From Bdellovibrionales bacterium Ga0074139 (GTDB lineage Bacteria > Bdellovibrionota > Bdellovibrionia > Bdellovibrionales > Bdellovibrionaceae): a stretch of 64,000 nt of DNA. Each line of letters begins with the position of its first letter. Within the stretch, counting starts at the first letter, position 1. Shown piece after piece: positions 43,113-54,719 of this stretch. The stretch spans positions 57,924-121,923 of the forward strand of contig LNEB01000001.1 in assembly GCA_001464795.1 (NCBI GenBank), written 5' to 3'. A program made the translations under genes and the position numbers. The notes under the pieces are model-generated. The model was not told the DNA's origin and made no database searches. It worked only from the letters and a program-made list of their open reading frames with translations.

Positions 43113-43154
43113 GACTACCCCGCCGGGACATGCCTAGGGTAAGGTCCCTTCACT

Positions 43155-45265
<2,111 letters not shown>

Positions 45266-45331
45266 TCCCATTGAAATTCCTTCGTGGTTATGATGACTTA
45301 TAAAACTTGATTCATCACCGAAAGGACTTTC

Positions 45332-45640
45332 ATGCAACCCGCAGCTCAGCCTAATTTTATGGAAATGATGCTTCCCTTTGTTGTCATTTTTGCCGTGTTT
45401 TATTTTCTTATCATCCGTCCTCAAGGGAAAAAACAAAAGGAACACCAAGGGTTTTTAACTCAATTAAAACGTGGAGATGAAGTGGTCACCTCAAGTGGAA
45501 TCTTGGGCACCATTGATGGTTTAACAGATCTTTATGTGACCCTTGAAATCGCCACAAATGTGAAGATCAAAGTGCTTCGTGCACAGATCGCAGCCAGTGC
45601 CAAAAACTTAAACTCCAATACGACAGAAAAAAAAGGATAG
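45332..45640 (+). CDS. yajC: preprotein translocase subunit YajC
   Basis: 102 aa with a single TM segment. YFLIIRPQ.K..KEH......L..GDEVVT.SGI.G.I signature. Confidence 0.85.
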   Translation: MQPAAQPNFMEMMLPFVVIFAVFYFLIIRPQGKKQKEHQGFLTQLKRGDEVVTSSGILGTIDGLTDLYVTLEIATNVKIKVLRAQIAASAKNLNSNTTEKKG

Positions 45641-45650
45641 GTTTTGCTTC

Positions 45651-47333
45651 ATGGATAATTATAGACTTCGTGCGTTTTTAGCAATTTTAGGTGTGGGTAT
45701 CGCAATCGTTATGGTGATTCCCAATATCGTTCCAATGAAATCTTGGATCACAGACACTCGTTTGAATTACGGCCTTGATATTCAAGGTGGCTTGCAAATC
45801 GTGATGGGTGTGGATGTGGACAGTGTGGTTGCGGAAAGCACTCAGCGTGAAACTCGCTCCATTGAAACTTTATTGCTTAAAGAATCCGTGGCAGCAACGC
45901 TTTCAACTCCTAATGCCAAAAACGGCGAAATCCTTGTGAAAACATCGGACACGGCTCAGGCTGAAAAAGTAAAAAACATCATGAGCCGTGATTACGGAAC
46001 CATGTTTATGCTTTTAACTGAAAACGCCGATGGTCTGACCTTTCGCTACATCGACGCTTTCATGCTGGATTACCGAAACCGAATTATCCAACAGGCCATT
46101 GAAACCATCCGTAATCGTATCGATGAGTTTGGTGTGGCTGAACCCTCCATTGCTCAACAAGGTGAAGACCGTATCATGGTGCAACTCCCTGGTATGGCCA
46201 ATGCCGAGCGTGCTAAAGAGCTGATCAACACAACTGCAAAACTTGATTTTCAAATGCTGAACCGTGGAATCTCTCAAGATAAACTTGTGGAAATGATTAC
46301 TGCTGCTGAAAAAGCAGGGAATTATTCCATGGGCACACTCAAGTATTCCGAATATGTGGATCGATTGAATCAGGATTTAAAGTCTCAATTGCCAGCTGAT
46401 TCAGTGGTTTATTTTGAAAAAAATGAAAACGCTCAACGAATGGAAATGGGAGCCACTCCTTATTTACTAAACGCCAATGATGGTTTGGGTGGAAATGATC
46501 TCGATGATGCTTTCGTTAGCTACGATGGAACAAGTGGCGTTCCTGTGGTGTCGTTAAAATTCAATCCTGCAGGCGCTGTTAAATTTGGTGATCTCACAAC
46601 TAAAGGCGTGGGAAATCAAATGGCCATCGTATTGGACCGAGTTGTAAAATCAGCTCCTAATATAAACGAGCCCATTCGTGGCGGACAGGCCCAGATTACT
46701 TTGGGCCGTGGAAACCGTGAACAAACCATCGCGGAAGCACAAATGATTTCAACCTCACTTCGTGCCGGTGCTTTGCCAGCAAGACTTGAGCAATTGGAAG
46801 AAAGAACAGTGGGACCCTCTTTAGGTTCCGATTCTATTAAAAAAGCGCAAACTGGATCTTTAGTTGGTGCTGCTTTGATTATTTTATTTTTAATGATCTA
46901 TTACAAAGCTTTCGGAGTGATCGCATCTGTTTCCATCGTTGTTAATATCACTTCATTGATTGCGTTGTTATCAGCCTTCGGAGCCTCACTAACGCTTCCT
47001 GGAATTGCAGGTATTGCACTAACAGTGGGTTTTGCGGTGGATGCGAACGTATTAATTCAAGAGCGAATTAAAGAAGAGATCGCTCGCGGTGTTAGCTGGG
47101 CGGCCGCTTTGAAGCAAGGTTATGGTCAAGCCATGTCTGCAATTATTGACTCAAATATTACGGTGTCTTCTGTGGCTTTGATTTTATTTATCCTTGGAAC
47201 AGGACCTGTCAGAGGATTTGCTGTGACATTACTGATCGGAATCGTGACCACATTGTTTGGTAATGTGTTTGTCAGTAAGGTGATCGCTGATACTTTGATT
47301 CACAAATTTGGTCTTAAAAAGATAAGCATTTAA
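45651..47333 (+). CDS. secD: protein translocase subunit SecD
   Basis: 560 aa with an N-terminal TM segment, a periplasmic domain (LGLDIQGG) and a C-terminal 5-TM bundle. Follows yajC. Confidence 0.9.
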   Translation: MDNYRLRAFLAILGVGIAIVMVIPNIVPMKSWITDTRLNYGLDIQGGLQIVMGVDVDSVVAESTQRETRSIETLLLKESVAATLSTPNAKNGEILVKTSDTAQAEKVKNIMSRDYGTMFMLLTENADGLTFRYIDAFMLDYRNRIIQQAIETIRNRIDEFGVAEPSIAQQGEDRIMVQLPGMANAERAKELINTTAKLDFQMLNRGISQDKLVEMITAAEKAGNYSMGTLKYSEYVDRLNQDLKSQLPADSVVYFEKNENAQRMEMGATPYLLNANDGLGGNDLDDAFVSYDGTSGVPVVSLKFNPAGAVKFGDLTTKGVGNQMAIVLDRVVKSAPNINEPIRGGQAQITLGRGNREQTIAEAQMISTSLRAGALPARLEQLEERTVGPSLGSDSIKKAQTGSLVGAALIILFLMIYYKAFGVIASVSIVVNITSLIALLSAFGASLTLPGIAGIALTVGFAVDANVLIQERIKEEIARGVSWAAALKQGYGQAMSAIIDSNITVSSVALILFILGTGPVRGFAVTLLIGIVTTLFGNVFVSKVIADTLIHKFGLKKISI

Positions 47334-47347
47334 GGAAATATTTTAAT

Positions 47348-48292
47348 ATGAAAAAAACAAATGATTTTGGAAAATTTGATTTTGTCGGAAACATTGGTAT
47401 CTTTGGTGGTATCAGTCTGGTTTTGACTTTCGTATCACTGGTTTACCTCGCAACAACAGGAATCAACTACGGAATCGATTTCCGCGGTGGAACTGAAGTT
47501 CAAGTGAAGTTTGCTGATCAAAGTGTAACAATTGATCAATTACGAAAAACAGTGGAAACACTTAATATCGGCGATGCCAGCCTGCAAAGTATCGGTGAAA
47601 ACTCAGAATTCGTGATTCGCTTTCAGACTCCTAAAAAACCCACTGAAAAAGAACAAAACGAAGAGATGCAAGTTTTGCTTGGAAAACTAAAATCCACCAT
47701 TGAAACCACTTATAAAGATCAAACTCCCGAAATTCGTAGGGTTGATACAGTGGGTCCTCAAGTTGGAGCTGAACTAAAGCGAAACGGATTTTTAGCCGTG
47801 TTTTATTGCTTGCTAGTGATTTTAGGTTACGTGGCTTTCCGATTTGATTATCAGTACGCACCAGGGGCTGTGATCTGCTTGTTCCATGATGCTGTTATCA
47901 CTTTAGCGATTTATAACCTTATGGGAAAAGAGCTCAATGTTCCGGCTCTAGCTGCGATCATGACTTTGATCGGTTTTTCATTGAACGACACCATTGTGGT
48001 TTTTGATAGAATTCGTGAAACAGTGGGGAACTATTACGACAAAGGTTGGCCTTTTATTATCAATAAAGCCATCAACGATATGTTAGGTCGAACGATCATT
48101 ACATCAGGCACAGTTTTTACCTCTGCTTTATGTCTTTACATTTTTGCTGACGGAGCCGTGAAAGATATCGCTTTTGCATTAACTGTTGGTATCGTATTTG
48201 GTGTTTACTCATCCATTTACGTAGCAGCACCCATGATTATCGTGATTGATAAACTTCGTGGTTCTAAGCTTTCTCGCGCACAAAACGCATGA
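47348..48292 (+). CDS. secF: protein translocase subunit SecF
   Basis: 314 aa with GIDFRGGT and a C-terminal multi-TM region. Follows secD. Confidence 0.9.
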   Translation: MKKTNDFGKFDFVGNIGIFGGISLVLTFVSLVYLATTGINYGIDFRGGTEVQVKFADQSVTIDQLRKTVETLNIGDASLQSIGENSEFVIRFQTPKKPTEKEQNEEMQVLLGKLKSTIETTYKDQTPEIRRVDTVGPQVGAELKRNGFLAVFYCLLVILGYVAFRFDYQYAPGAVICLFHDAVITLAIYNLMGKELNVPALAAIMTLIGFSLNDTIVVFDRIRETVGNYYDKGWPFIINKAINDMLGRTIITSGTVFTSALCLYIFADGAVKDIAFALTVGIVFGVYSSIYVAAPMIIVIDKLRGSKLSRAQNA

Positions 48293-50034
48293 AGATTTGG
48301 AAAGCAAGAGATTCTAACGAATTAGATTCAGGGCCAGTCTTTCAAGACTGGCCTCGTCCGTTAAAAAGCTATTTTATTTCTCGTGGATTTCAAGATGATG
48401 ACTCTTTAAATTCTTTTTTAAATGAAAATCTTCAATCTTTAAAAGATCCCTTACTGATTCATGGGATGAGTGAAGCTTGCCTTAGGCTTGAAAAAGCTTT
48501 TAGAAATAATGAAAAAATATGCATTTATGCCGACTTTGATTTAGACGGCACCAGTGGATGTGCCCTTCTTAAAAAAGGTTTAGAGGATTTAGGTTTTTTA
48601 AAATTAGTTCCCTATCAACCTAAAAGATTAAAAGACGGCTACGGATTTCACTCAAGAGTTGTGGATGAAATGCATGCTTTAGGTGTTGGTTTAATAATCA
48701 CTTGTGACGTGGGAATCACAGCAAGCCTTGCTTGCACAAGGGCCAAAGAATTAGGTCTTGATGTGATTATCACTGATCATCACTTGCCTGCAGCTGAACT
48801 TCCTGAGGCTTTGATCATTGTGAATCCCAATCAAAAATGTGACTCATCGGGGTTGGGTTATTTAAGTGGAGCCGGTGTGGCGTTCACTTTAATGCGGGCT
48901 CTAAAAAGACACTTCACCAATCTCAATTTAGGAAAACATAAGTCACTCAATTTAAAAGAACTTCTGGATTGCTTCACGATAGCAACACTAACAGACATGG
49001 TTCCCTTAGTGGGTGATAACCGGGTGCTGATTCAAGTGGGCCTTAAAGCTTTAGCTGAAACAAAAAGGCCAGGGTTATCAGCACTTTTATCAGCCCTAGG
49101 GCTTGCAGATAAAGAACTCACAAGTTCTGATGTAGCGATCAGGTTCGCACCAAAACTCAATGCCTTATCTAGACTGGAAGGTGAACTTTTGCCATTGGAT
49201 CTTTTTTTGATGACTGATTTTGAAAAAGCACAAAGTGTGATCACTCAAGTACTTAGTCAGAATCAAGAGCGGGTGAATTTACAGGCTGAAACATTAAAAG
49301 AGGCTTTAAAAATAATTGAAGATCAAAAAAATCACAGTTGTCACGTGGTGGTGTCAGACCAATTTCACCGAGGCATCATTGGTTTAATCGCAACCAGTTT
49401 AAGTCAACAAACACAAAAGCCCTGCTTTGTAGCAAGCCTTGATCCAGAAGAGAAAAAAATTGTCGGTAGCTGCAGGCGTCCTGATGGTTTCGAAATTTCT
49501 TTAGTGGAAGCCTTGACCAGTGTCTCTGGATGTTTGCTTCGCTTCGGAGGACATGCCCAGGCTGCAGGATTTGAGGCCAATGCTGATCAGGTGGAAAATT
49601 TAGCTCAAGGCCTGAATCATTTTTTTAACTCAGCTGAGCAAAAAATTTCAGAATTGGAATTTGACTCAAAAATCGAGTGGCAGGAAATCAATTGGGAATT
49701 GGTCAAATCTTTAAATAAACTAGAACCCTTTGGTGTGGGCTTTGATGCACCGGTGTTTCATTTGCAAAATGTGGATTTGAAGTCATTCAAAACTTTAAAA
49801 GGTGGTCACCTCAAATTTGAAGTGACAAGACCTCATTCTAATCAAACTTTAGCTTGTTTGCTATTTAGTCCAAGTCCTAGGCAAGCCGAAGTGATTGCCC
49901 ACAGGGGATCACTGGATCTGCTTTTTCAAGTCCAGGTCAATGAATGGAAGGGCCGAGAAACGATACAGCTTTTGATTGAAGATGTGAAAGAAACACAAAT
50001 TTTTAAATCTATTGAATTGGAAATGAACCTTTGA
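48289..50034 (+). CDS. recJ: single-stranded-DNA-specific exonuclease RecJ
   Basis: DHH motifs (YADFDLDGTSG, CDVG, ITDHH), DHHA1 (GGHAQAAG) and a C-terminal OB-like domain. Confidence 0.88.
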   Translation: MKIWKARDSNELDSGPVFQDWPRPLKSYFISRGFQDDDSLNSFLNENLQSLKDPLLIHGMSEACLRLEKAFRNNEKICIYADFDLDGTSGCALLKKGLEDLGFLKLVPYQPKRLKDGYGFHSRVVDEMHALGVGLIITCDVGITASLACTRAKELGLDVIITDHHLPAAELPEALIIVNPNQKCDSSGLGYLSGAGVAFTLMRALKRHFTNLNLGKHKSLNLKELLDCFTIATLTDMVPLVGDNRVLIQVGLKALAETKRPGLSALLSALGLADKELTSSDVAIRFAPKLNALSRLEGELLPLDLFLMTDFEKAQSVITQVLSQNQERVNLQAETLKEALKIIEDQKNHSCHVVVSDQFHRGIIGLIATSLSQQTQKPCFVASLDPEEKKIVGSCRRPDGFEISLVEALTSVSGCLLRFGGHAQAAGFEANADQVENLAQGLNHFFNSAEQKISELEFDSKIEWQEINWELVKSLNKLEPFGVGFDAPVFHLQNVDLKSFKTLKGGHLKFEVTRPHSNQTLACLLFSPSPRQAEVIAHRGSLDLLFQVQVNEWKGRETIQLLIEDVKETQIFKSIELEMNL

Positions 50035-50699
50035 AATCGGTTGTACTTTTGTCTTCAGGGCTCGATTCCAGTGTGAATCTTTATGAGGCCCATCAGGCAG
50101 GATCTGTATTATTAGCTTTAACTTTTAATTACGGTCAAAAAGCTGTAAAAAAAGAAATCGAAAAATCAAAAGCTCTTTGTGAAAAGTTAAAAATCCCCCA
50201 TGAAGTTTTGGATCTTTCTTTTTTTAAAAGCTTTCAGGGTTCAAGCCTTATTAATCAAAGCTTACACATTCCAGGGCAAAAGGAAGTGCAGATTGATGAT
50301 TTATCGGCTTCACAAAAAACAGCAAAATCAGTGTGGGTGCCCAACCGAAATGGAATTTTTTTAAATATTGCGGCAGGCTTTGCTGAAAATTTAAAAGCGG
50401 ATGTGGTGGTCCCTGGGTTTAACATCGAAGAAGCTTCGACATTTGCTGATAATTCAGAAGAATTTCTCAATTCTTTAGACAAAAGTTTTTCTTTTTCTAC
50501 CAACAACGCAGTTAAAACAAAGTGCTTCACAACACGACTGAACAAGACTCAAATTGTAAAAAGAGCGATAGAGCTAAAAGTTCCTTTGTATGATTTATGG
50601 CCTTGTTATCATGATGATGAATCTTGGTGCGGTCAGTGTGAATCCTGTCAACGGGCCAAAAGGGCTTTTGAAGCTAACGGTCTTAACTTTATTAAGTAG
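50031..50699 (+). CDS. queC: 7-cyano-7-deazaguanine synthase QueC
   Basis: The TTG start overlaps the recJ stop. PP-loop VVLLSSGLDSSV and a C-terminal Zn cluster C..........CGQCESC. Confidence 0.88.
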   Translation: MKSVVLLSSGLDSSVNLYEAHQAGSVLLALTFNYGQKAVKKEIEKSKALCEKLKIPHEVLDLSFFKSFQGSSLINQSLHIPGQKEVQIDDLSASQKTAKSVWVPNRNGIFLNIAAGFAENLKADVVVPGFNIEEASTFADNSEEFLNSLDKSFSFSTNNAVKTKCFTTRLNKTQIVKRAIELKVPLYDLWPCYHDDESWCGQCESCQRAKRAFEANGLNFIK

Positions 50700-50705
50700 G
50701 TCAAA

Positions 50706-51257
50706 ATGCTAACAAAGTTTTATGATAAAAAATTAAATTATGATGGCTCACAGTTAAGACCTCTATTTAACTACCTTGATCATGGCTTGCTTGGGGATTC
50801 CTGTGTGGCTTTTATTGGTCAGTGTGATGTCAGCTTTGATCACATGGTGGACGGGGAAGACTTACTAGAAAAATCACAAATAAAAAGTGATGAAATGCTG
50901 CACTTTCTATTTGAAGTTTTTGATACGAATTTAATGTCCGGTGTTTTTTTACAAAGACTGTTCGCAAGTATCGTTCAGAACTTAATTTATAAAAAAACGG
51001 GGCAGCTTTTAGCTAGATCCGGTGATGATCTGTACCTGAATGATCAGAAGCTCTCGATCAGTATTGCCACTCGGTCGATAAATTCGGTGCTGGTGCATTT
51101 TGCGATGAATGTGACCAATGCAGGGACTCCGGTCAAAACCTTGTCACTGCAAGATTTGAAAATTGAGCCTATCAATTTTGCAAAGGAGCTTTTGCAGCTT
51201 GTATCAGCTGAGTATGTGGATATTAAAAAAGCGACCTATAAAGTAAAGTGCGTTTGA
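50706..51257 (+). CDS. hypothetical protein, DUF366-like (queuosine-neighbourhood protein)
   Basis: 183 aa, starting 6 nt after queC. The N-terminal Y.G.QLRP...Y......GDS.VAF.G.CDV....MVD.EDL pattern is recalled from DUF366. The family call is unverified. Confidence 0.45.
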   Translation: MLTKFYDKKLNYDGSQLRPLFNYLDHGLLGDSCVAFIGQCDVSFDHMVDGEDLLEKSQIKSDEMLHFLFEVFDTNLMSGVFLQRLFASIVQNLIYKKTGQLLARSGDDLYLNDQKLSISIATRSINSVLVHFAMNVTNAGTPVKTLSLQDLKIEPINFAKELLQLVSAEYVDIKKATYKVKCV

Positions 51258-51426
51258 GTGTAGAAATTTGAGCATGATCTCACAGCGTTGAGAGGCTAGT
51301 TTCGAGCATCGTTATTGAGCACTCCAAATCGTTGCGGCTCACCGCGAACCTCATCTGCGCACTTAGAGAACGTATTTTGCAGGTTCCATCCTATTATTGA
51401 TTTAATACAAAATATAGGAGCTCATT

Positions 51427-51891
51427 GTGCTTAAAACCGTTAAAACAGTCCTCACTTTGTCAGTTTTGGTCATGGTGTCTACTTCATTGGCAGAGAGCTC
51501 GGGTTTTTTAGATGCCCAAGGTAAAACTTTAACCGTCAATTCTCCTATCAAATTTTACATCGGAATCGATTCTATTCCCCGAGACAAATGGGAATCCATT
51601 GGCAAAGCAGTTGAGTTAGCCAATTACGAGCTAGGCGCCGAAAAAATTAAAATTGGCGGCATCTACATCAGTTCAAAACAAATAAAAGATGGAATTAATT
51701 CAATCACTTTCAGTAATGATTTTCAAGATGAGCAAGCATCCGAACAATCAAGATCATCAAGCTACTGGTCAAATGGTAAAATCAATGAAATTGATATTAT
51801 TGTGAATACAAAAAACTTTGATTATTCGAATGATCAAATTGAATTAGTTGTGACCCTCAAAACGCAGTTCAAAAAAATCTTCGGCAAGTAA
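51427..51891 (+). CDS. hypothetical secreted protein
   Basis: GTG start after a GGAG RBS. Signal peptide ...VLVMVSTSLA. No family recognised. Confidence 0.45.
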   Translation: MLKTVKTVLTLSVLVMVSTSLAESSGFLDAQGKTLTVNSPIKFYIGIDSIPRDKWESIGKAVELANYELGAEKIKIGGIYISSKQIKDGINSITFSNDFQDEQASEQSRSSSYWSNGKINEIDIIVNTKNFDYSNDQIELVVTLKTQFKKIFGK

Positions 51892-51948
51892 ACTGGAGTA
51901 CACCCCTTGATCTAGACAGAATGTTGTCCCTCTGTTAGCGTTCCTTGT

Positions 51949-52512
51949 ATGAAAAAATACATATTAATATTTTCTTGGCTTTTGCTAACTTCTGGATGCG
52001 CGACGAAAATGCTTTCGTCAGAACCTTATGCTGTTGGCCTACGCTGGTATGAACGCGGCAATCTTGAGCTCGCGGAAAGCTATTGGAAGCCTTTGGTTGA
52101 AAACGGTGATTGCGATGCTCAGTTTCGTATGGGGCTTCTGTACGTTGATAAACCTGCGGCAACGAAAGCACTTTCAGATCAATACCGTGCTGAATCTTTA
52201 AAATTGATTAACCTTGCTGCCGCCCAAGGGCAACCAAAGGCTCTTATGGTCCTTGGGGAGCTGCATTGGCAAAGTCCAAAGGCAAAAATTAAGTGTCCCT
52301 TATGTAATATAAAAAAGGATCTGGAAATGGCCGGGGTCAATTATTCTTTGGCTGAGAAATTTGCAGTTTACGACTATGATCAGGCGGCTTTCAAAACAAC
52401 TAAAGAACAAATTCTTGTAGAGCTAAACACCAAGCAAAAGAAAAAAGTGGATGCGGCTGTCGCTCAATGGATGGCTTCACCAAAACAATGCAAACCACGT
52501 AAGCTTCTATGA
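51949..52512 (+). CDS. Sel1/TPR-repeat lipoprotein
   Basis: Lipobox SWLLLTSGC. Sel1-like repeats (A..W..L.E.GD..AQFRMGLLY, AA.QG.P.A...LGELH). Confidence 0.7.
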   Translation: MKKYILIFSWLLLTSGCATKMLSSEPYAVGLRWYERGNLELAESYWKPLVENGDCDAQFRMGLLYVDKPAATKALSDQYRAESLKLINLAAAQGQPKALMVLGELHWQSPKAKIKCPLCNIKKDLEMAGVNYSLAEKFAVYDYDQAAFKTTKEQILVELNTKQKKKVDAAVAQWMASPKQCKPRKLL

Positions 52513-52748
52513 AAACCGAAGTGAAATACTGGCCAATATTTCAGTTTGACCGATTTGGCCAAAGCTAGTTGTTGATTCTGACGGCTCATATCGCAGTTTT
52601 TTAAGGTTTCAGCTTTTGTTTGTATTTTATTGTATCGCTATCCTTGGTTGGTTTTCCCTCGTCATTAAAAAGTGGGTCGAAAACAAAGAATTTAAGTTAA
52701 ATGTTAATTTTGGCTATCGCTGATTGGGTTTCATATGAGTGAATATAA

Positions 52749-53087
52749 TCAAGAACGGAAAATAAAATACACAGCCCCCACAAGGCAAAAACTTGCGTAC
52801 AGATAATCCATCTTTAATGGAACTTTCATATACCAAAAGCTAAAGCCTGCAAAAACCACCATGGTGATGACCTCTTGGATGATTTTAAGCTGAGGTAAAG
52901 AAAATTTTTCTGAGCCTATGCGGTTAGCAGGAACTTGAAAGCAGTACTCAAAAAAAGCAATGCCCCAGCTGATCAGTATCACAAGCCAAAGCGCACTTGT
53001 TTTATGATTTTTTAAATGCCCGTACCAAGCAAAGGTCATAAACAAATTCGATATTATCAAAAGTCCTATGGCTGCTAATTGCGGCAT
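52749..53087 (-). CDS. DMT-superfamily small membrane protein (DUF486)
   Basis: 112 aa, 4 TM segments. The SN.FMTFAWYGHLK...........ISWGIAFFEY.FQVPANRIG signature is recalled from DUF486. Confidence 0.75.
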   Translation of the reverse strand: MPQLAAIGLLIISNLFMTFAWYGHLKNHKTSALWLVILISWGIAFFEYCFQVPANRIGSEKFSLPQLKIIQEVITMVVFAGFSFWYMKVPLKMDYLYASFCLVGAVYFIFRS

Positions 53088-53093
53088 GACCGA

Positions 53094-54707
53094 CTACTCT
53101 TTTTTATGTTTGGTATGGCTATAAGCATGATTGCAAAGCAGAGATGCAATTCTTCGGTATTCGCTTAATAGATCCAAGTGGATAGAGCTTGTGTTGATGG
53201 AATCTTTCATGCCTCGGTTCAGTCTTGAGATATGAGCTTCCCTTAAAGAGATTTCAAGTTTAGCCAGTTCGCGTTTCAATTGAATGGCCTCTGAGCAAAG
53301 AACTTTATTTTGATAAGCGTTAATGGCAAGGCTTGCCGCTTTCGTAACCGCCGTGTGCATGGCTATAATATCTTTCCAACCTTCCGGCGAAAATTCTAAG
53401 TGCAAAGCATTTTTTTTGATGGCTAAAGTTGTGATGTTAATGTCGATGGCGTCTGCAGCCCGTTCAAGATCCGAGATAAACATGATCATACTTAAAATGT
53501 TTTGTTGAACGGCCACATTGGATTTATTAGCATGATCCAATAAAAACATTTTTGTTTCTCGGTATAAAAAATCCACTTTGTTATCGCGGTCCTTGATGGA
53601 TTCCAAAAGGACGGGGTCTGATCCATCAAAAAGTTTAAGTGAATCATGAATCATGCTGGACACAATGTCAGCGGTTCGCATGATCTCGCGGTTCGCATAG
53701 GATGTGGCAAGTGCACTACTTTGATAATTATTAAGCTTTAAGTAATCCGTACCAAACTCATCTTGAGGACCTTTTGGAAACATCTTTTGAATGACTTCTG
53801 CTCCTTTACTAATAAAAGGAAAAAATAATATAGCTGAAATCACGTTAAAAATCAGATGAGCATTGGCGGTGATCCTGGCTGGTGTAGTATCAAAGCTCAT
53901 GAGTAACTGAACGAAGCCCTGAGTGAAGGGATAAAAAATCAACACACTGAGGGTTTTATAAAAAAAGTGGGCCCAGGCTACTTGTTTACCAATGTAATTA
54001 GAGCCTGCTGCTGCAATCAGGGCTGTGGAAGTGGTTCCGATGTTGGCTCCGTAAACCCAAAGCATGGCATCTTCTACACGAATGGCCTGAGCCGAAGCTA
54101 GTGACATGGCAAGACCCACAGTCACAGCACTGGAGTGAACAAACGAGCAAAAAACAATGGAGATCATCAGTGAATAACCTGGATTATTTCTTAGGCTTTG
54201 AAAGAAATCAGCGAGCATAGGATTTTCAGAAAAATGTCTGGCGCTGTCGCCCATCATCTTCATTCCTAAAAGCAAAAGTGCAAAACCCATAAAGGCCAGG
54301 GCTGTGTTTTTGACTCCAGGTTTTTTAGTTTGAAAATAAATTAGAAAGGCGAGAGCAAAAATCGGTAGAGCCAATTCAGAAATGTTAAGAGAAATCAATT
54401 GCACAGTGATGGTTGTGCCAATGGCAGTCCCAATAATCACACCCATCACTTGCTTCAGATTAATGACCTTGGCAGATCCCAAACCTACAAGCATGGATGT
54501 GACAGCCCCTGAACTTTGTAAAAGGGTTGTTAATGAAATCCCCACAACCACAGACAAAAAATTATTATCAGAGATTTTTGTCATCAATTGGGTGATGCGG
54601 TTAGCAAGTAATTTTTCGATGGACTGGCTGGCAAGACCCATTCCGTAGTGAAAAAAAGCAATGCCTGCGATCAGTATAATAAAAAAGGAATTTCCTGCAT
54701 CAATCAT
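53094..54707 (-). CDS. Na+/phosphate cotransporter family protein with PhoU-like C-terminal domain
   Basis: 537 aa with duplicated Na_Pi_cotrans membrane repeats (..LLQSSGAVTSM.VGL.., ..HSSAVT..) and a helical PhoU-like cytoplasmic tail. Confidence 0.85.
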   Translation of the reverse strand: MIDAGNSFFIILIAGIAFFHYGMGLASQSIEKLLANRITQLMTKISDNNFLSVVVGISLTTLLQSSGAVTSMLVGLGSAKVINLKQVMGVIIGTAIGTTITVQLISLNISELALPIFALAFLIYFQTKKPGVKNTALAFMGFALLLLGMKMMGDSARHFSENPMLADFFQSLRNNPGYSLMISIVFCSFVHSSAVTVGLAMSLASAQAIRVEDAMLWVYGANIGTTSTALIAAAGSNYIGKQVAWAHFFYKTLSVLIFYPFTQGFVQLLMSFDTTPARITANAHLIFNVISAILFFPFISKGAEVIQKMFPKGPQDEFGTDYLKLNNYQSSALATSYANREIMRTADIVSSMIHDSLKLFDGSDPVLLESIKDRDNKVDFLYRETKMFLLDHANKSNVAVQQNILSMIMFISDLERAADAIDINITTLAIKKNALHLEFSPEGWKDIIAMHTAVTKAASLAINAYQNKVLCSEAIQLKRELAKLEISLREAHISRLNRGMKDSINTSSIHLDLLSEYRRIASLLCNHAYSHTKHKKE

Positions 54708-54719
54708 AACACTGTCAGG

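Noticed and set aside
43008-43154. Looked for a preQ1 riboswitch in front of queA.
   Set aside because: There is no short P1 hairpin followed by the A-rich tail (AAAAAACUA-like) pairing near the SD that typifies preQ1-I or preQ1-II. The structure present is better explained as a terminator plus a small hairpin.
51258-51426. A 169-bp spacer after the DUF366-like gene with recurring TGAGCA/CGTTG strings and locally higher GC. Considered as a tRNA, an sRNA or a decayed gene.
   Set aside because: I could not fold a cloverleaf or a convincing terminator, and no ORF longer than 15 codons is present. The repeats are short and imperfect. It is worth an Rfam scan, but there is nothing I can support.
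52513-52748. A 236-bp spacer between the Sel1 lipoprotein and DUF486 genes containing GGCCAA…TTGGCC inverted repeats.
   Set aside because: The stem is only 6-7 bp with a ~20-nt loop and no U-tract. It is probably just the only normal convergent spacer in the window.
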